From: Elusimicrobiales bacterium | GTDB lineage: Bacteria; Elusimicrobiota; Elusimicrobia; Elusimicrobiales; UBA9959 | Reading direction: 5' to 3' | Length of the DNA stretch: 64,000 nucleotides | Assembly: GCA_049972095.1 (NCBI GenBank) | Contig: JBMFKQ010000002.1 | Coordinates: 1 to 64,000, forward strand | Part shown: positions 48,641 through 57,894 of the stretch, piece by piece | Numbering within the stretch: position 1 is the first letter of the stretch | Layout of the letters: the number at the start of each line of letters is the position of its first letter | Notes under the pieces: model-generated | Seen by the model: the letters and a program-made list of their open reading frames with translations, nothing else | Told to the model about the DNA's origin: nothing | The model's database searches: none | Position numbers and translations under genes: made by a program

Positions 48641-50257
48641 TTATCTATCTAAGATATATCTATTAACGATGGTATCTTTTGCATGTTTGAGCTTATGTGG
48701 ATAATCCTCATTGAAATAAAGCCCTCTTGATTCTTTTCTTAGAAGTGAGCTTTCAATAATCATCTTGGATACAAGAGCTATATTTCTTAGCTCAACGAAA
48801 TCACGAGTTGGGCGGTATCTTTTGTAATAGTAAAGGATTTCATCAATTATGAGGTTTAACTTCTTCTTTGCTTTAATAAGCCTCTCATTGCTTCTTACTA
48901 TACCTGCATAGCTGTTTGTAATTGATCTTATCTCATCCCAGTTCTGCGATATTATAACATCCTCTTTAGATTTAATTGTTTGCTTGTAATCCCATAGATA
49001 ATGCTTTTCAATTTTCATTGGTATTAAAATTCTATCTTCAAGTGCAAGAGCTGTTGCTTTTAAAGCCATAACAGATGCTTCAAGCAGAGAATTTGAGGCA
49101 AGTCTGTTTGCACCATGAAGCCCTGTATGTGCAACCTCACCACATACAAATAGATTTTTTATGTCAGTTCTTCCAAACACATCACTTTTAACACCGCCAC
49201 AGAAAAAATGTGCTGCTGGAACAACAGGTATTGGTTGTTTTGTTATGTCTATTGCATAGTTAAGACATGTTTTGTAGATATATGGAAATCTTTTTTTTAT
49301 AAATGATGCTGGCTTGAATGATATATCAAGCAAAACATAATCGTCGCCGCTTTTTTTAAGCTCATTGGCAATTGCCCTTGCCACAACATCTCTTGGAGCA
49401 AGCTCTTTCATTCTTGAGTATTTATGCATAAATCTTTTTCCACTTTTAAGCATTAAAATAGCTCCCTCACCTCTTAAAGCTTCAGATATCAGGAAGTTTT
49501 GTGCTTTATGATGATAAAGACAAGTTGGGTGAAACTGAACAAACTCCATATTTAGCATATCAAGTCCTGCTTTGTAGCAGATTGCAAAGCCATCTCCTGT
49601 TGCAGTGTTTGGATTTGATGTGTAAAGATAGACCTTTCCCGCACCGCCAGTGGCAAGAAATACCTTTGATGCAAGGAATGAAAAAATAGTATGGCTTTTA
49701 TTATCAATTGCATAAACACCAAGTGCCTGGTTTTTTTGTGGAGGATAATATGCAGGATGATAACGAAGTATTAAATCAACAGCAGTGAAGTTTTCAAAAA
49801 CTTTTATATTTCTTCTTGATTTTATATGTTTTATAAGAGTCTCCACTATTGCTCTTCCTGTAAAATCGTAGTGATGAAGTATTCTTCTCTTTGAATGGCC
49901 ACCCTCAAGCCCAAAGTCAAACTCCCCCTTTTTGGTGTTGAATTTTACCCCGAGTTTTAAAAGTTCGCTTATAACAATCGGCGCTGAGTTTACTATTTCT
50001 CTAACCACATCTTGTTTTGAAAGACCATCACCTGCTCTGATTGTATCCTTTATATGGTTATCAAAACTATCATCCTTTCCAAGGGCTGCTGCTATACCGC
50101 CCTGAGCATAAACAGAGTTTGAGATATCTATTTTATCTTTTGTTAATATAACAACTTTAATGTTTGGGTTTTGTGAAAGTTTTATTCCAGCAAGAAGACC
50201 TGCTATCCCACTTCCAACCACAATAAAATCGCAGCTGTATATTCTGTTATCTCTCAT
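48641..50257 (-). CDS. nadB: L-aspartate oxidase
   Basis: GSGIAG, AQGGIAA, EGGHS.RRI.H, QFHPT, LISEALRGEG, LAPRDVVAR, LHGANRLASNSLLE. Confidence 0.96.
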   Translation of the reverse strand: MRDNRIYSCDFIVVGSGIAGLLAGIKLSQNPNIKVVILTKDKIDISNSVYAQGGIAAALGKDDSFDNHIKDTIRAGDGLSKQDVVREIVNSAPIVISELLKLGVKFNTKKGEFDFGLEGGHSKRRILHHYDFTGRAIVETLIKHIKSRRNIKVFENFTAVDLILRYHPAYYPPQKNQALGVYAIDNKSHTIFSFLASKVFLATGGAGKVYLYTSNPNTATGDGFAICYKAGLDMLNMEFVQFHPTCLYHHKAQNFLISEALRGEGAILMLKSGKRFMHKYSRMKELAPRDVVARAIANELKKSGDDYVLLDISFKPASFIKKRFPYIYKTCLNYAIDITKQPIPVVPAAHFFCGGVKSDVFGRTDIKNLFVCGEVAHTGLHGANRLASNSLLEASVMALKATALALEDRILIPMKIEKHYLWDYKQTIKSKEDVIISQNWDEIRSITNSYAGIVRSNERLIKAKKKLNLIIDEILYYYKRYRPTRDFVELRNIALVSKMIIESSLLRKESRGLYFNEDYPHKLKHAKDTIVNRYILDR

Positions 50258-50288
50258 TTATTTATAAAATATATTTTACAATTTTGCT

Positions 50289-51317
50289 ATGATGAGGATT
50301 ATAGTAAAATATATTCCTGTTGTTGTTGCAGGAGTAATACTGTTTTATCTTGTATATCCAAATTATGAAAAACTTATTGAAATATATATGGTTTCTGATA
50401 AAAGATTTTTGTTACTTTCTATGATCTCATCTATAACAAGCTATCTGTTTATGAGCCTTTCACTTCATGAAATGCTTTCAATTCTTGGCTATAGAATACC
50501 TTTTACAGATACATTTTCAATAACACTAATATCAACAACGGTTAACTATTTCATATCATCCGCTGGCATAAGTGGATTTGCTTTGAGAACTCATCTGCTA
50601 AATATTAGAAAGATCCCTGTAAGTATTGCCATAACTATATCTGTTGTTCTTACAGCCTTTATATATCTTATTCTTGGGTTTATAATAATGCAGAGTTTTT
50701 TTTTATATTTTTTTGAAATAAGGAAAATAAATCTTCAGATGCTTGAAGGATTTGTAGGGGTTATTTTTATATTTGCTATACCCTTTTTTATGACGCTGAT
50801 AATATATAACCATAGGTTTAGAAATAGATGGGCAATAAGGTTGTTTTATTTCATAAACAAAACCCTCTATAGCATAACTAAATACTCTATAGCTAAGGAG
50901 GACTTTAGAGAATTTAAAAATCGGCTTAATCATGGAATAAAGATACTTCATACAAAACGCTTTGAGCTTGCAAAGGTTGCAGGCTATGTTCTTTTAGACT
51001 GGATATTTAACATACTTGTGCTTTATTTTGCCTTTAGATCTGTTGGTAATAATTTGTCAATCACTTCACTTGTAATTGGGTTTTCATTTGGAATAGTTAT
51101 GACTGTTATTCCGTTTTTGCCATCAGGTCTTGGTCTTATGGAGTTTGTAATCTCAATATACTATTCATCATACAATATACCTGTTGAATCAGCAGTTTTC
51201 TCAAGCCTTGTTTTTAGAGTGTTTTATTATGTTGTGCCATTTATTATAAGCTTAATACTTTACTATGGAATAAAGATAGCTGAACCACAACTTAAAGATT
51301 CTTTTTTAGGAAAATGA
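50289..51317 (+). CDS. Lysylphosphatidylglycerol synthase TM / flippase-like (UPF0104) membrane protein
   Basis: Multi-TM; P.LPSGLG..E and FR...Y..P motifs. Confidence 0.85.
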   Translation: MMRIIVKYIPVVVAGVILFYLVYPNYEKLIEIYMVSDKRFLLLSMISSITSYLFMSLSLHEMLSILGYRIPFTDTFSITLISTTVNYFISSAGISGFALRTHLLNIRKIPVSIAITISVVLTAFIYLILGFIIMQSFFLYFFEIRKINLQMLEGFVGVIFIFAIPFFMTLIIYNHRFRNRWAIRLFYFINKTLYSITKYSIAKEDFREFKNRLNHGIKILHTKRFELAKVAGYVLLDWIFNILVLYFAFRSVGNNLSITSLVIGFSFGIVMTVIPFLPSGLGLMEFVISIYYSSYNIPVESAVFSSLVFRVFYYVVPFIISLILYYGIKIAEPQLKDSFLGK

Positions 51318-51337
51318 AAAAAATTTAGGGAGGTGAT

Positions 51338-51844
51338 ATGAAGGTATATAGATTCTTAGATTCAAAACCCTTGATAAGTCCTAAAGCCAAAATTCATTCT
51401 ACGGCTGTGGTAATTGGTGATGTGGAAATTGATGAATATGTATCAGTCTGGCCATATGCTGTTATAAGAGGGGATGTTGATAAAATAAAAATAGCTAAGA
51501 ACAGCAATATTCAAGATCTTGTAGTAATACATCCAAACAAAAACAGGCCTGTTATTATAGGTGAAGGGGTTACAGTAGGACATTCTGCGGTTGTACATGG
51601 CTCAATTGTAGGAAATAACTGCCTTATTGGTATGAACGCAACAATTATTGATTGTGAGATCGGAGATAACTCTCTTGTGGCTGCGGGATGTGTTGTAATA
51701 CCACAAACAAAGATCCCACCATGCTCACTGGTTGCTGGTGTTCCCGGCAAGGTAATAAAAAATCTTGATGAAAGATATGTTGAGGAGATTAAAAAATCAG
51801 CAGATGAATACCTAAGGCTTTTTCAGATGTATGAAGAGTTTTGA
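51338..51844 (+). CDS. Gamma-carbonic anhydrase family protein
   Basis: Hexapeptide repeats, IRGD, NIQD..VIH, TVGH..V.HG (three His ligands). Confidence 0.92.
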   Translation: MKVYRFLDSKPLISPKAKIHSTAVVIGDVEIDEYVSVWPYAVIRGDVDKIKIAKNSNIQDLVVIHPNKNRPVIIGEGVTVGHSAVVHGSIVGNNCLIGMNATIIDCEIGDNSLVAAGCVVIPQTKIPPCSLVAGVPGKVIKNLDERYVEEIKKSADEYLRLFQMYEEF

Positions 51845-51857
51845 TAAAGGTGAGATC

Positions 51858-52226
51858 ATGAAAAAAATTGTTATAGTTGAGGACTCCAGACAAACCGTTG
51901 ATATCCTTAAACAGATACTTGAAAAGGAAGGATTTGAGGTTTATACAGCGTATGATGGGGTTGAAGGGTTTAGGGCTATAAAAAGATATAAACCTGACCT
52001 TGTGCTTTTGGATCTTCTACTTCCAAAGATGAGTGGTTTTGATATATGTTTGAGGATGAGTCAGGATCGTGAGATAATGAAAACCCCGGTTATTATCCTT
52101 TCAACCCTTGGGGGAGAAAAAGAAACTTTTAGAAAACTAAAAACATTTGAGATAATAAAGTTTATGAAAAAGCCATATAGTATCGAAGAGCTTTTATGCG
52201 AAGTTAAAAAGGCAGTTAATGGATGA
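51858..52226 (+). CDS. Single-domain response regulator
   Basis: VIVED, LVLLDLLLPKMSG, ILST, KP(Y); start at ATG 51858. Confidence 0.9.
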   Translation: MKKIVIVEDSRQTVDILKQILEKEGFEVYTAYDGVEGFRAIKRYKPDLVLLDLLLPKMSGFDICLRMSQDREIMKTPVIILSTLGGEKETFRKLKTFEIIKFMKKPYSIEELLCEVKKAVNG

Positions 52227-52960
52227 GCTTAAAAAAAATAGAAAAGATATATAAAATTCTCTACGAATTCTATGGTCCCCAAGGTTGGTGGCCTATATGT
52301 TTGGATGGAAGATCTGTATATAGAAAAAATTACTTTGGTCCACTTTCAGATTCGCAGCGCTTTGAGATATGTGTTGGAGCAATTCTCACTCAGAATGTCT
52401 CTTGGAAGAATGTTGAAAAGTGTATAGTTAAGCTTAAAGAGAATAGAATGCTTGATCCTGTAAAGATTATTGAAGAGCCGGATGAAAAGATATATCCACT
52501 TATTATATCAAGTGGATATTACAAACAGAAGGCTCTAAAACTTAAAAATATCAGTAGATGGATTATACATAAAGGTGGAGATTTTAAAAAGATATTTAAA
52601 AAAAACCCGTACAAAATTAGAAACGAGCTTCTTTTAATAAATGGCATAGGTAAGGAAACAGCAGATTCTATACTTCTCTATGCTGGATATCTCCCTTTTT
52701 TTGTAATAGATGCCTACACAAAAAGAATTTTTGAAAGAATATTTAACAGAATCTGTTATGAGTATGATGAGCTTCAAAATCTCTTTCAAGAAAGTCTACC
52801 TTTGGATCACAGGATATATAATGAATATCATGCACTTATAGTTGAGATATCAAAGAATATATGTTTAAAGAATGATCCTCAGTGTTTGAGATGTCCATTA
52901 AGAATGCTTTGTTCCTATGGAAGAGATTATGGTGGAAGAAATAATAGAAAAACTTCTTGA
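52223..52960 (+). CDS. HhH-GPD DNA glycosylase (endonuclease III-related) with [4Fe-4S] motif
   Basis: Q.WWP, GAILTQN..W.NV, GIGKETADSILLY, VIDAYT.RI, C-x6-C-x2-C-x5-C. Confidence 0.9.
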   Translation: MSLKKIEKIYKILYEFYGPQGWWPICLDGRSVYRKNYFGPLSDSQRFEICVGAILTQNVSWKNVEKCIVKLKENRMLDPVKIIEEPDEKIYPLIISSGYYKQKALKLKNISRWIIHKGGDFKKIFKKNPYKIRNELLLINGIGKETADSILLYAGYLPFFVIDAYTKRIFERIFNRICYEYDELQNLFQESLPLDHRIYNEYHALIVEISKNICLKNDPQCLRCPLRMLCSYGRDYGGRNNRKTS

Positions 52961-53957
52961 TGATAATAGATTAAATGAGGCGTTAAAAAAGATTAATCTG
53001 ATTAAGAAAGATAGATTTTCTTACTTTTATTATATGGCTGAGATTCTTAGAATGAGAGGACTTATAAAGAAATCACTGGTTTTTTTTAAAAGATCTTTAG
53101 CATTAGCTTCAAGCAATGAGGAAAAATTTAAATCTGCACTAAAGATCGCATCACTTTCAAGAACACTTGGAGATCTGAAAACTGCAAGAAAGCATCTTGC
53201 TATTGCTATGAAAATTTCACCAAGCTCTTTAGAACTGCTTATGGAAAGAGCAATGTATCTAAGACTTTCCGAAAGATACGATGATGCTATAGAGATTTTC
53301 AACAGGCTTAAAAGGGAATATATTAAAAAAAAGGATATTGCTGGCATTTCATATATACTTTGGGCGGAAGGTGGAATGTATAGAAATATGGGAATGATAA
53401 AAAAATCAATTAGAAGCTTTACGAATGCTTTAAAATATGCAAAGATGATAAAAGAACCATCTCTTGAGATTTATTCTGAACTTGGGCTTGCCGGTTCTTT
53501 AAGAATTATTGGTAAGTTGAAAGAATCCTATCTTCTATATTCAAGATGTATCAAAAAGATACCATTCCACGATTACTTCGCCAAAGGATATTCATATTGT
53601 GGAACTGGAAATGCGCTCAGACAGCTTGGAAACTATAAAGCAGCGCTAAGGTTTTATAGAAAAGCGCTTTCTTATTATCGTAAGACACAAGATCGTGCAG
53701 ATATGGCTTTGGTCTTGTGGGGAATGGCTGAGTGCTATAAGAAAATTGATATAAAAAAGGCTTACCGCTACATTATTAAAGCAAAAAAGCTTATAAAGGG
53801 TCTACAAGAAGTAAGAGGCAGAATACTTATAAACCTAACAGAATCACATATAAGATATGCCATGGGTGATGTGGAAAGAGCAAAAAAACTTTTCAACCGT
53901 GCAGTTAAAATCTCTATAAAACATAAGGCTAACACCCTGATTGAGAGCTTTGGATGA
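52917..53957 (+). CDS. Tetratricopeptide-repeat protein
   Basis: Repeated TPR helices (G..YR.MG...., GNALRQLGNY..A...Y.KAL); exact start uncertain. Confidence 0.8.
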   Translation: MEEIMVEEIIEKLLDDNRLNEALKKINLIKKDRFSYFYYMAEILRMRGLIKKSLVFFKRSLALASSNEEKFKSALKIASLSRTLGDLKTARKHLAIAMKISPSSLELLMERAMYLRLSERYDDAIEIFNRLKREYIKKKDIAGISYILWAEGGMYRNMGMIKKSIRSFTNALKYAKMIKEPSLEIYSELGLAGSLRIIGKLKESYLLYSRCIKKIPFHDYFAKGYSYCGTGNALRQLGNYKAALRFYRKALSYYRKTQDRADMALVLWGMAECYKKIDIKKAYRYIIKAKKLIKGLQEVRGRILINLTESHIRYAMGDVERAKKLFNRAVKISIKHKANTLIESFG

Positions 53958-53975
53958 TATGGTAAAATATAACTT

Positions 53976-54641
53976 ATGAAATATCTTTTTTTTCTCATCA
54001 TTTTGTTTGTCTTGAATATTTTTCCTCAAGAGAAAAATAAAAATTTTTTTATGGGAAGTGTTGTTAAAAGCAATGAGTGGGAGATAGATAGAGCAAAAAA
54101 TAAAGAATACTTCACAGGTAATGTTTTCTTTGAAAACAGATACTATCTTTTTAAATCATCCTCAGCTGTTTATGACCACACCCTTAAAAGGTGGAGTGTT
54201 GAAGGTAATGTTTATTGCAGAAAAAAGATTGAGAAAAATAAATATCTTGAGGTTTTCTGTGATGCGGCTGTGTATGATGAAGACATTCAAAAGGCCTTGC
54301 TTTATTCAGGCAATCAGAAAATAAAGATAAAATACACTGAATCATCCTCTCAAACACATACAGCATATTCAAAAAATGCATCAATAGATCTCAAAGAGAG
54401 GAATATTAATTTTGATGAAGAATTTGAGCTGTTTTCGTCAAGTGTATTAGCAAAGTCGGGAAGAGCAATATATTATGAAACTAAGGATGCTTTTATTATG
54501 AGAGAAAGACCTATCATCAATGCTATTACAGATGATTATAACCTACACATAAAAGGTGATGAGATAACGCTGTTTCGTAATGAAAAGGTTGCTATTGTAA
54601 AATCATCAGTTTATGGTGCGATTTATAGAAGAGAAAAATGA
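53976..54641 (+). CDS. lptA: LptA/OstA-like beta-jellyroll protein
   Basis: Signal peptide, FTGNV / A.YD / V.GNV strands; directly upstream of lptB. Confidence 0.65.
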   Translation: MKYLFFLIILFVLNIFPQEKNKNFFMGSVVKSNEWEIDRAKNKEYFTGNVFFENRYYLFKSSSAVYDHTLKRWSVEGNVYCRKKIEKNKYLEVFCDAAVYDEDIQKALLYSGNQKIKIKYTESSSQTHTAYSKNASIDLKERNINFDEEFELFSSSVLAKSGRAIYYETKDAFIMRERPIINAITDDYNLHIKGDEITLFRNEKVAIVKSSVYGAIYRREK

Positions 54642-55357
54642 GGCTCTCAGCTATTAATCTTGTAAAGAGATATTCAAAAAAGATTGTGGTTAATTCACTA
54701 AGCATTGATGTAAGCTCTTCAGAGGTTGTTGGGCTTTTAGGTCCTAATGGTTCTGGCAAATCAACAACATTTAATATGATAATGGGGTTTACAAAACCTG
54801 ATGATGGCAAGATTTTGCTTGATAACAAGGATATAACAAACATCCCGGTTCATATAAGAGCAAGGTTAGGACTTGGATATCTTGCTCAGGAACCAACTGT
54901 TTTTAGGGATCTTACTGTGGAAGAGAATGTATTAGTTGTGCTTGAAAGAATTTTCAGCAATAAAGATGAGATAAAGCAAAGATTGGATAGAATACTTAAG
55001 GAGTATTCAGTTGAGCATTTAAGAAAACAGAAGGCATCAACACTATCCGGTGGGGAAAAAAGAAGGGTTGAGGTTGCAAGGGTTATGGCTCTTGAACCCT
55101 CAATTCTACTTCTTGATGAGCCATTTGTTGGAATAGACCCAATAACTGTTTGTGAGCTTAAAAAAATAATAGAATATCTCTCCAAAAAAAATATAGCTAT
55201 ACTTATAAGCGATCATAATGTTAGAGAAACCCTTGAGATAACAACGAGGGCTTATCTTGTATATCAGGGAGAGATTATAGTTCACGGAAGCCCAAAGGAT
55301 ATAATAAACAGTGAAAAAGCAAGGAGATTCTATCTTGGTTATGATTTTAAGGTTTAA
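54638..55357 (+). CDS. lptB: LPS export ABC ATPase
   Basis: GLLGPNGSGKST, RARLG.GYL.QE..VF, LSGGE.RRVE.AR, DEPF.GIDP, DHNVRETL. Confidence 0.95.
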   Translation: MRLSAINLVKRYSKKIVVNSLSIDVSSSEVVGLLGPNGSGKSTTFNMIMGFTKPDDGKILLDNKDITNIPVHIRARLGLGYLAQEPTVFRDLTVEENVLVVLERIFSNKDEIKQRLDRILKEYSVEHLRKQKASTLSGGEKRRVEVARVMALEPSILLLDEPFVGIDPITVCELKKIIEYLSKKNIAILISDHNVRETLEITTRAYLVYQGEIIVHGSPKDIINSEKARRFYLGYDFKV

Positions 55358-55838
55358 GGCTATATTTGTAGTTCTATTCTTATGCTCATGTTCTAAAAAG
55401 ATTGATTTTGTTCCGAGCCCTTCCTCATTCATAAGAGATCTTTCAATATCATTATATGAGTCAAATAAAATTAGATGGAGATTAAACTGTCAAAATGCTG
55501 AGTTAAATGAGCAGCAGAATACCCTTAAATGTTATATAGCTGATATACTAACATACTCCAATGGAAATATATCATCTGATATGAAGGCAGAAATCGGATA
55601 TGCTGATCTCAGGGAAAAACTCTTTTTTCTTAAAGGAAACGCCCAGGTTTTTTCACGCATTCAAAATGCAAAGGTAATATCAGAAAAGATATATTTTAAC
55701 TATCAGAATAACACCATATATTCTGATACAAATACTATTATCTTCAAGGATAATATAAAAACTGAATCTGAAGGGTTCGAAGCAAAAAGCAATCTTTCCA
55801 ACATAAAGATTAAAAAGCACAGAACTACCATTGAATGA
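55341..55838 (+). CDS. lptC: LPS export protein LptC
   Basis: Short hydrophobic N-terminus with LCSC, jellyroll strands (L.GN..V, SE...., EGFEA...L); start at ATG 55341. Confidence 0.7.
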   Translation: MILRFKAIFVVLFLCSCSKKIDFVPSPSSFIRDLSISLYESNKIRWRLNCQNAELNEQQNTLKCYIADILTYSNGNISSDMKAEIGYADLREKLFFLKGNAQVFSRIQNAKVISEKIYFNYQNNTIYSDTNTIIFKDNIKTESEGFEAKSNLSNIKIKKHRTTIE

Positions 55839-55840
55839 TT

Positions 55841-56827
55841 TTAAAGTATCCCTTCTCTTATAAGATCCCTCTCATCAATTATTCCTATAACCCTTCCGCT
55901 GTTGTCAATAACAGGTAAATTATCTACTTTCTTTTCCTCCAGTATCTTTGCAACCTCAATGGCTGTTGCGGTGATGTTTATTTTTACAGGTTTTTTTGTC
56001 ATATAGAGTTTTATAGGATCATCAGGTTTTATTGATTTTATGTTTCTTCTTATATCTCCGTCAGTAAAGAAACCAACAAGCCTTCCTTTTGAGTCAACCA
56101 CAGATACAGCCCCAAGGGATGTCTCTGTCATAACCTTAACAGCGTCAATTACCTTCGCTTTATAATTTATAATTGGATTATCCTTTCCCCTTCTCATTAT
56201 ATCAGAAGCTTTCAGATATATAATTCTTCCTATATTTCCACCAGGATGAGTTGCTCCAAGGTCTTTTCTTGTGTATTTCTTTAGTTTCATTACAGTAATC
56301 GCTACAGCATCGCCAAATGCAAGCATCGCAGTAGTTGAGGATGTGGGGACAAGATTATGCGGACATGCCTCAGCTGGAGTATGAAGAAGAATAACGGATG
56401 TTGAATAATTAGAGAGTTTGGAATCTTTTTGGTTTGTAACTGAATAAAGTTTGATAGCTCTTTTTGAAAGATAATGAGCAAATCTAACAATCTCGGGACT
56501 CTGTCCTGAGTTTGAAAAAAGAATGGCAATATCATTGTTATTGACAAGCCCCATATCCCCATGAAGTGCTTCAACTGGATGAATAAAAACTGATGGTGTG
56601 CCTGTAGAAACAAGAGTAGCTGATATCTTTCTTGCGACAAGTCCTGATTTGCCAACCCCACTTAGTATAACCTTTCCTTTCAGCAGGAGTATTGATTCTA
56701 TGAGATCAACAAAATTTCTATCAAAACCTTTTTGAAAAAGAGATTTTAATGCATTAATCTCATGAAGTATAACATCCTTTGCATAGCTGATTATTAGTTT
56801 TCTATCTTTTTTTTGGGGTTTAACCAT
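55841..56827 (-). CDS. kdsD: Arabinose-5-phosphate isomerase (KpsF/GutQ family)
   Basis: GVGKSG..A.KI.AT..STGTP, EALHGD.G, EACP.NL.PT.ST, HPGG, two CBS domains. Confidence 0.95.
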   Translation of the reverse strand: MVKPQKKDRKLIISYAKDVILHEINALKSLFQKGFDRNFVDLIESILLLKGKVILSGVGKSGLVARKISATLVSTGTPSVFIHPVEALHGDMGLVNNNDIAILFSNSGQSPEIVRFAHYLSKRAIKLYSVTNQKDSKLSNYSTSVILLHTPAEACPHNLVPTSSTTAMLAFGDAVAITVMKLKKYTRKDLGATHPGGNIGRIIYLKASDIMRRGKDNPIINYKAKVIDAVKVMTETSLGAVSVVDSKGRLVGFFTDGDIRRNIKSIKPDDPIKLYMTKKPVKINITATAIEVAKILEEKKVDNLPVIDNSGRVIGIIDERDLIREGIL

Positions 56828-57057
56828 GGAGTCATCTCCGCAGGGATTATTCTTTGATCATATGGAGGGGGAAGTTTCCTAAGAATATGTCCTACTATGA
56901 AATACAAAGCAGTCAGTGATATATATATTATAAGAAGAGTCTTAAGATGCCATTTTGTATCACAAAACCATATAGGAGGCTTTGAAAGATCTGCGGAACA
57001 CTTCTTGCAATATCTTGTTGAGAGTTTATTTTCGTATCCACAGTTAGGACACTTCAT
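56794..57057 (-). CDS. Zinc-ribbon membrane protein
   Basis: CPNCG.EN.....YCKKC followed by one TM helix; coupled to kdsA. Confidence 0.7.
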   Translation of the reverse strand: MKCPNCGYENKLSTRYCKKCSADLSKPPIWFCDTKWHLKTLLIIYISLTALYFIVGHILRKLPPPYDQRIIPAEMTPWLNPKKKIEN

Positions 57058-57890
57058 AATATAGATTTTACAAATTTATCAAGTTTATTTAAAACACTCA
57101 TAAACTCCTCTACCTCATCAAGCGGCAGTGAATTAGGACCATCTGAAAGAGCATTATCAGGGTCAAGATGTGTTTCAAAAAAGACTCCGGCTATAGCACA
57201 TGCAACACTTGCTCTTGCAAGAGGTTTTATGAATTGTCTGTCCCCAGCGCTTCTATCTCCAAGGCCTGCTGGCCTTTGAACTGAGTGTGTCGCATCAAAA
57301 ATGATAGGATATCCAAATTCTTTCATAATCTCAAATGCTCTCATATCCACAACAAGATTGTTGTAGCCAAACATATACCCCCTTTCTGTTATCATTATAT
57401 TGTAGTTATTCCTACTTTCTATTTTTCTGATTATATTTCTTATTTCCCATGGAGATATGAACTGTCCCTTTTTTACATTAACAACCTTGCCTGTCTGGGC
57501 TGCGGCAATAAGAATATCTGTCTGGCGGCATAGAAATGCTGGTATTTGAATTATATCGCATATCTCAGCAACAATATCTGCCTGATGAGGAAGGTGTATA
57601 TCTATAAGAAGAGGTAGATTAAGCTCTTTTTTCACTCTTTTTAATATCTCAACTCCCTCCACAAGTCCAGGACCTCTGTAGGAATTAATAGAGCTTCTGT
57701 TAGCCTTATCAAAAGATGCCTTTGCTATAAACCTCACGCCAAGTTTATCTGATATCTCTTTGAGTTTTTTTAGAGTTATATAGTAGTTATCATAGCTCTC
57801 TATAACACATGTACCTGCAATAAAAACAAGAGGGTTTTTATTTGATATTTCAATATTATAATTGTCTAATCTAACACTTTTCATAATCAT
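57054..57890 (-). CDS. kdsA: KDO-8-phosphate synthase
   Basis: KASFDKANRSS, QIPAFLCRQTD, KKGQF, DATHSVQ, DGPN. Confidence 0.97.
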   Translation of the reverse strand: MIMKSVRLDNYNIEISNKNPLVFIAGTCVIESYDNYYITLKKLKEISDKLGVRFIAKASFDKANRSSINSYRGPGLVEGVEILKRVKKELNLPLLIDIHLPHQADIVAEICDIIQIPAFLCRQTDILIAAAQTGKVVNVKKGQFISPWEIRNIIRKIESRNNYNIMITERGYMFGYNNLVVDMRAFEIMKEFGYPIIFDATHSVQRPAGLGDRSAGDRQFIKPLARASVACAIAGVFFETHLDPDNALSDGPNSLPLDEVEEFMSVLNKLDKFVKSIL

Positions 57891-57894
57891 AATC

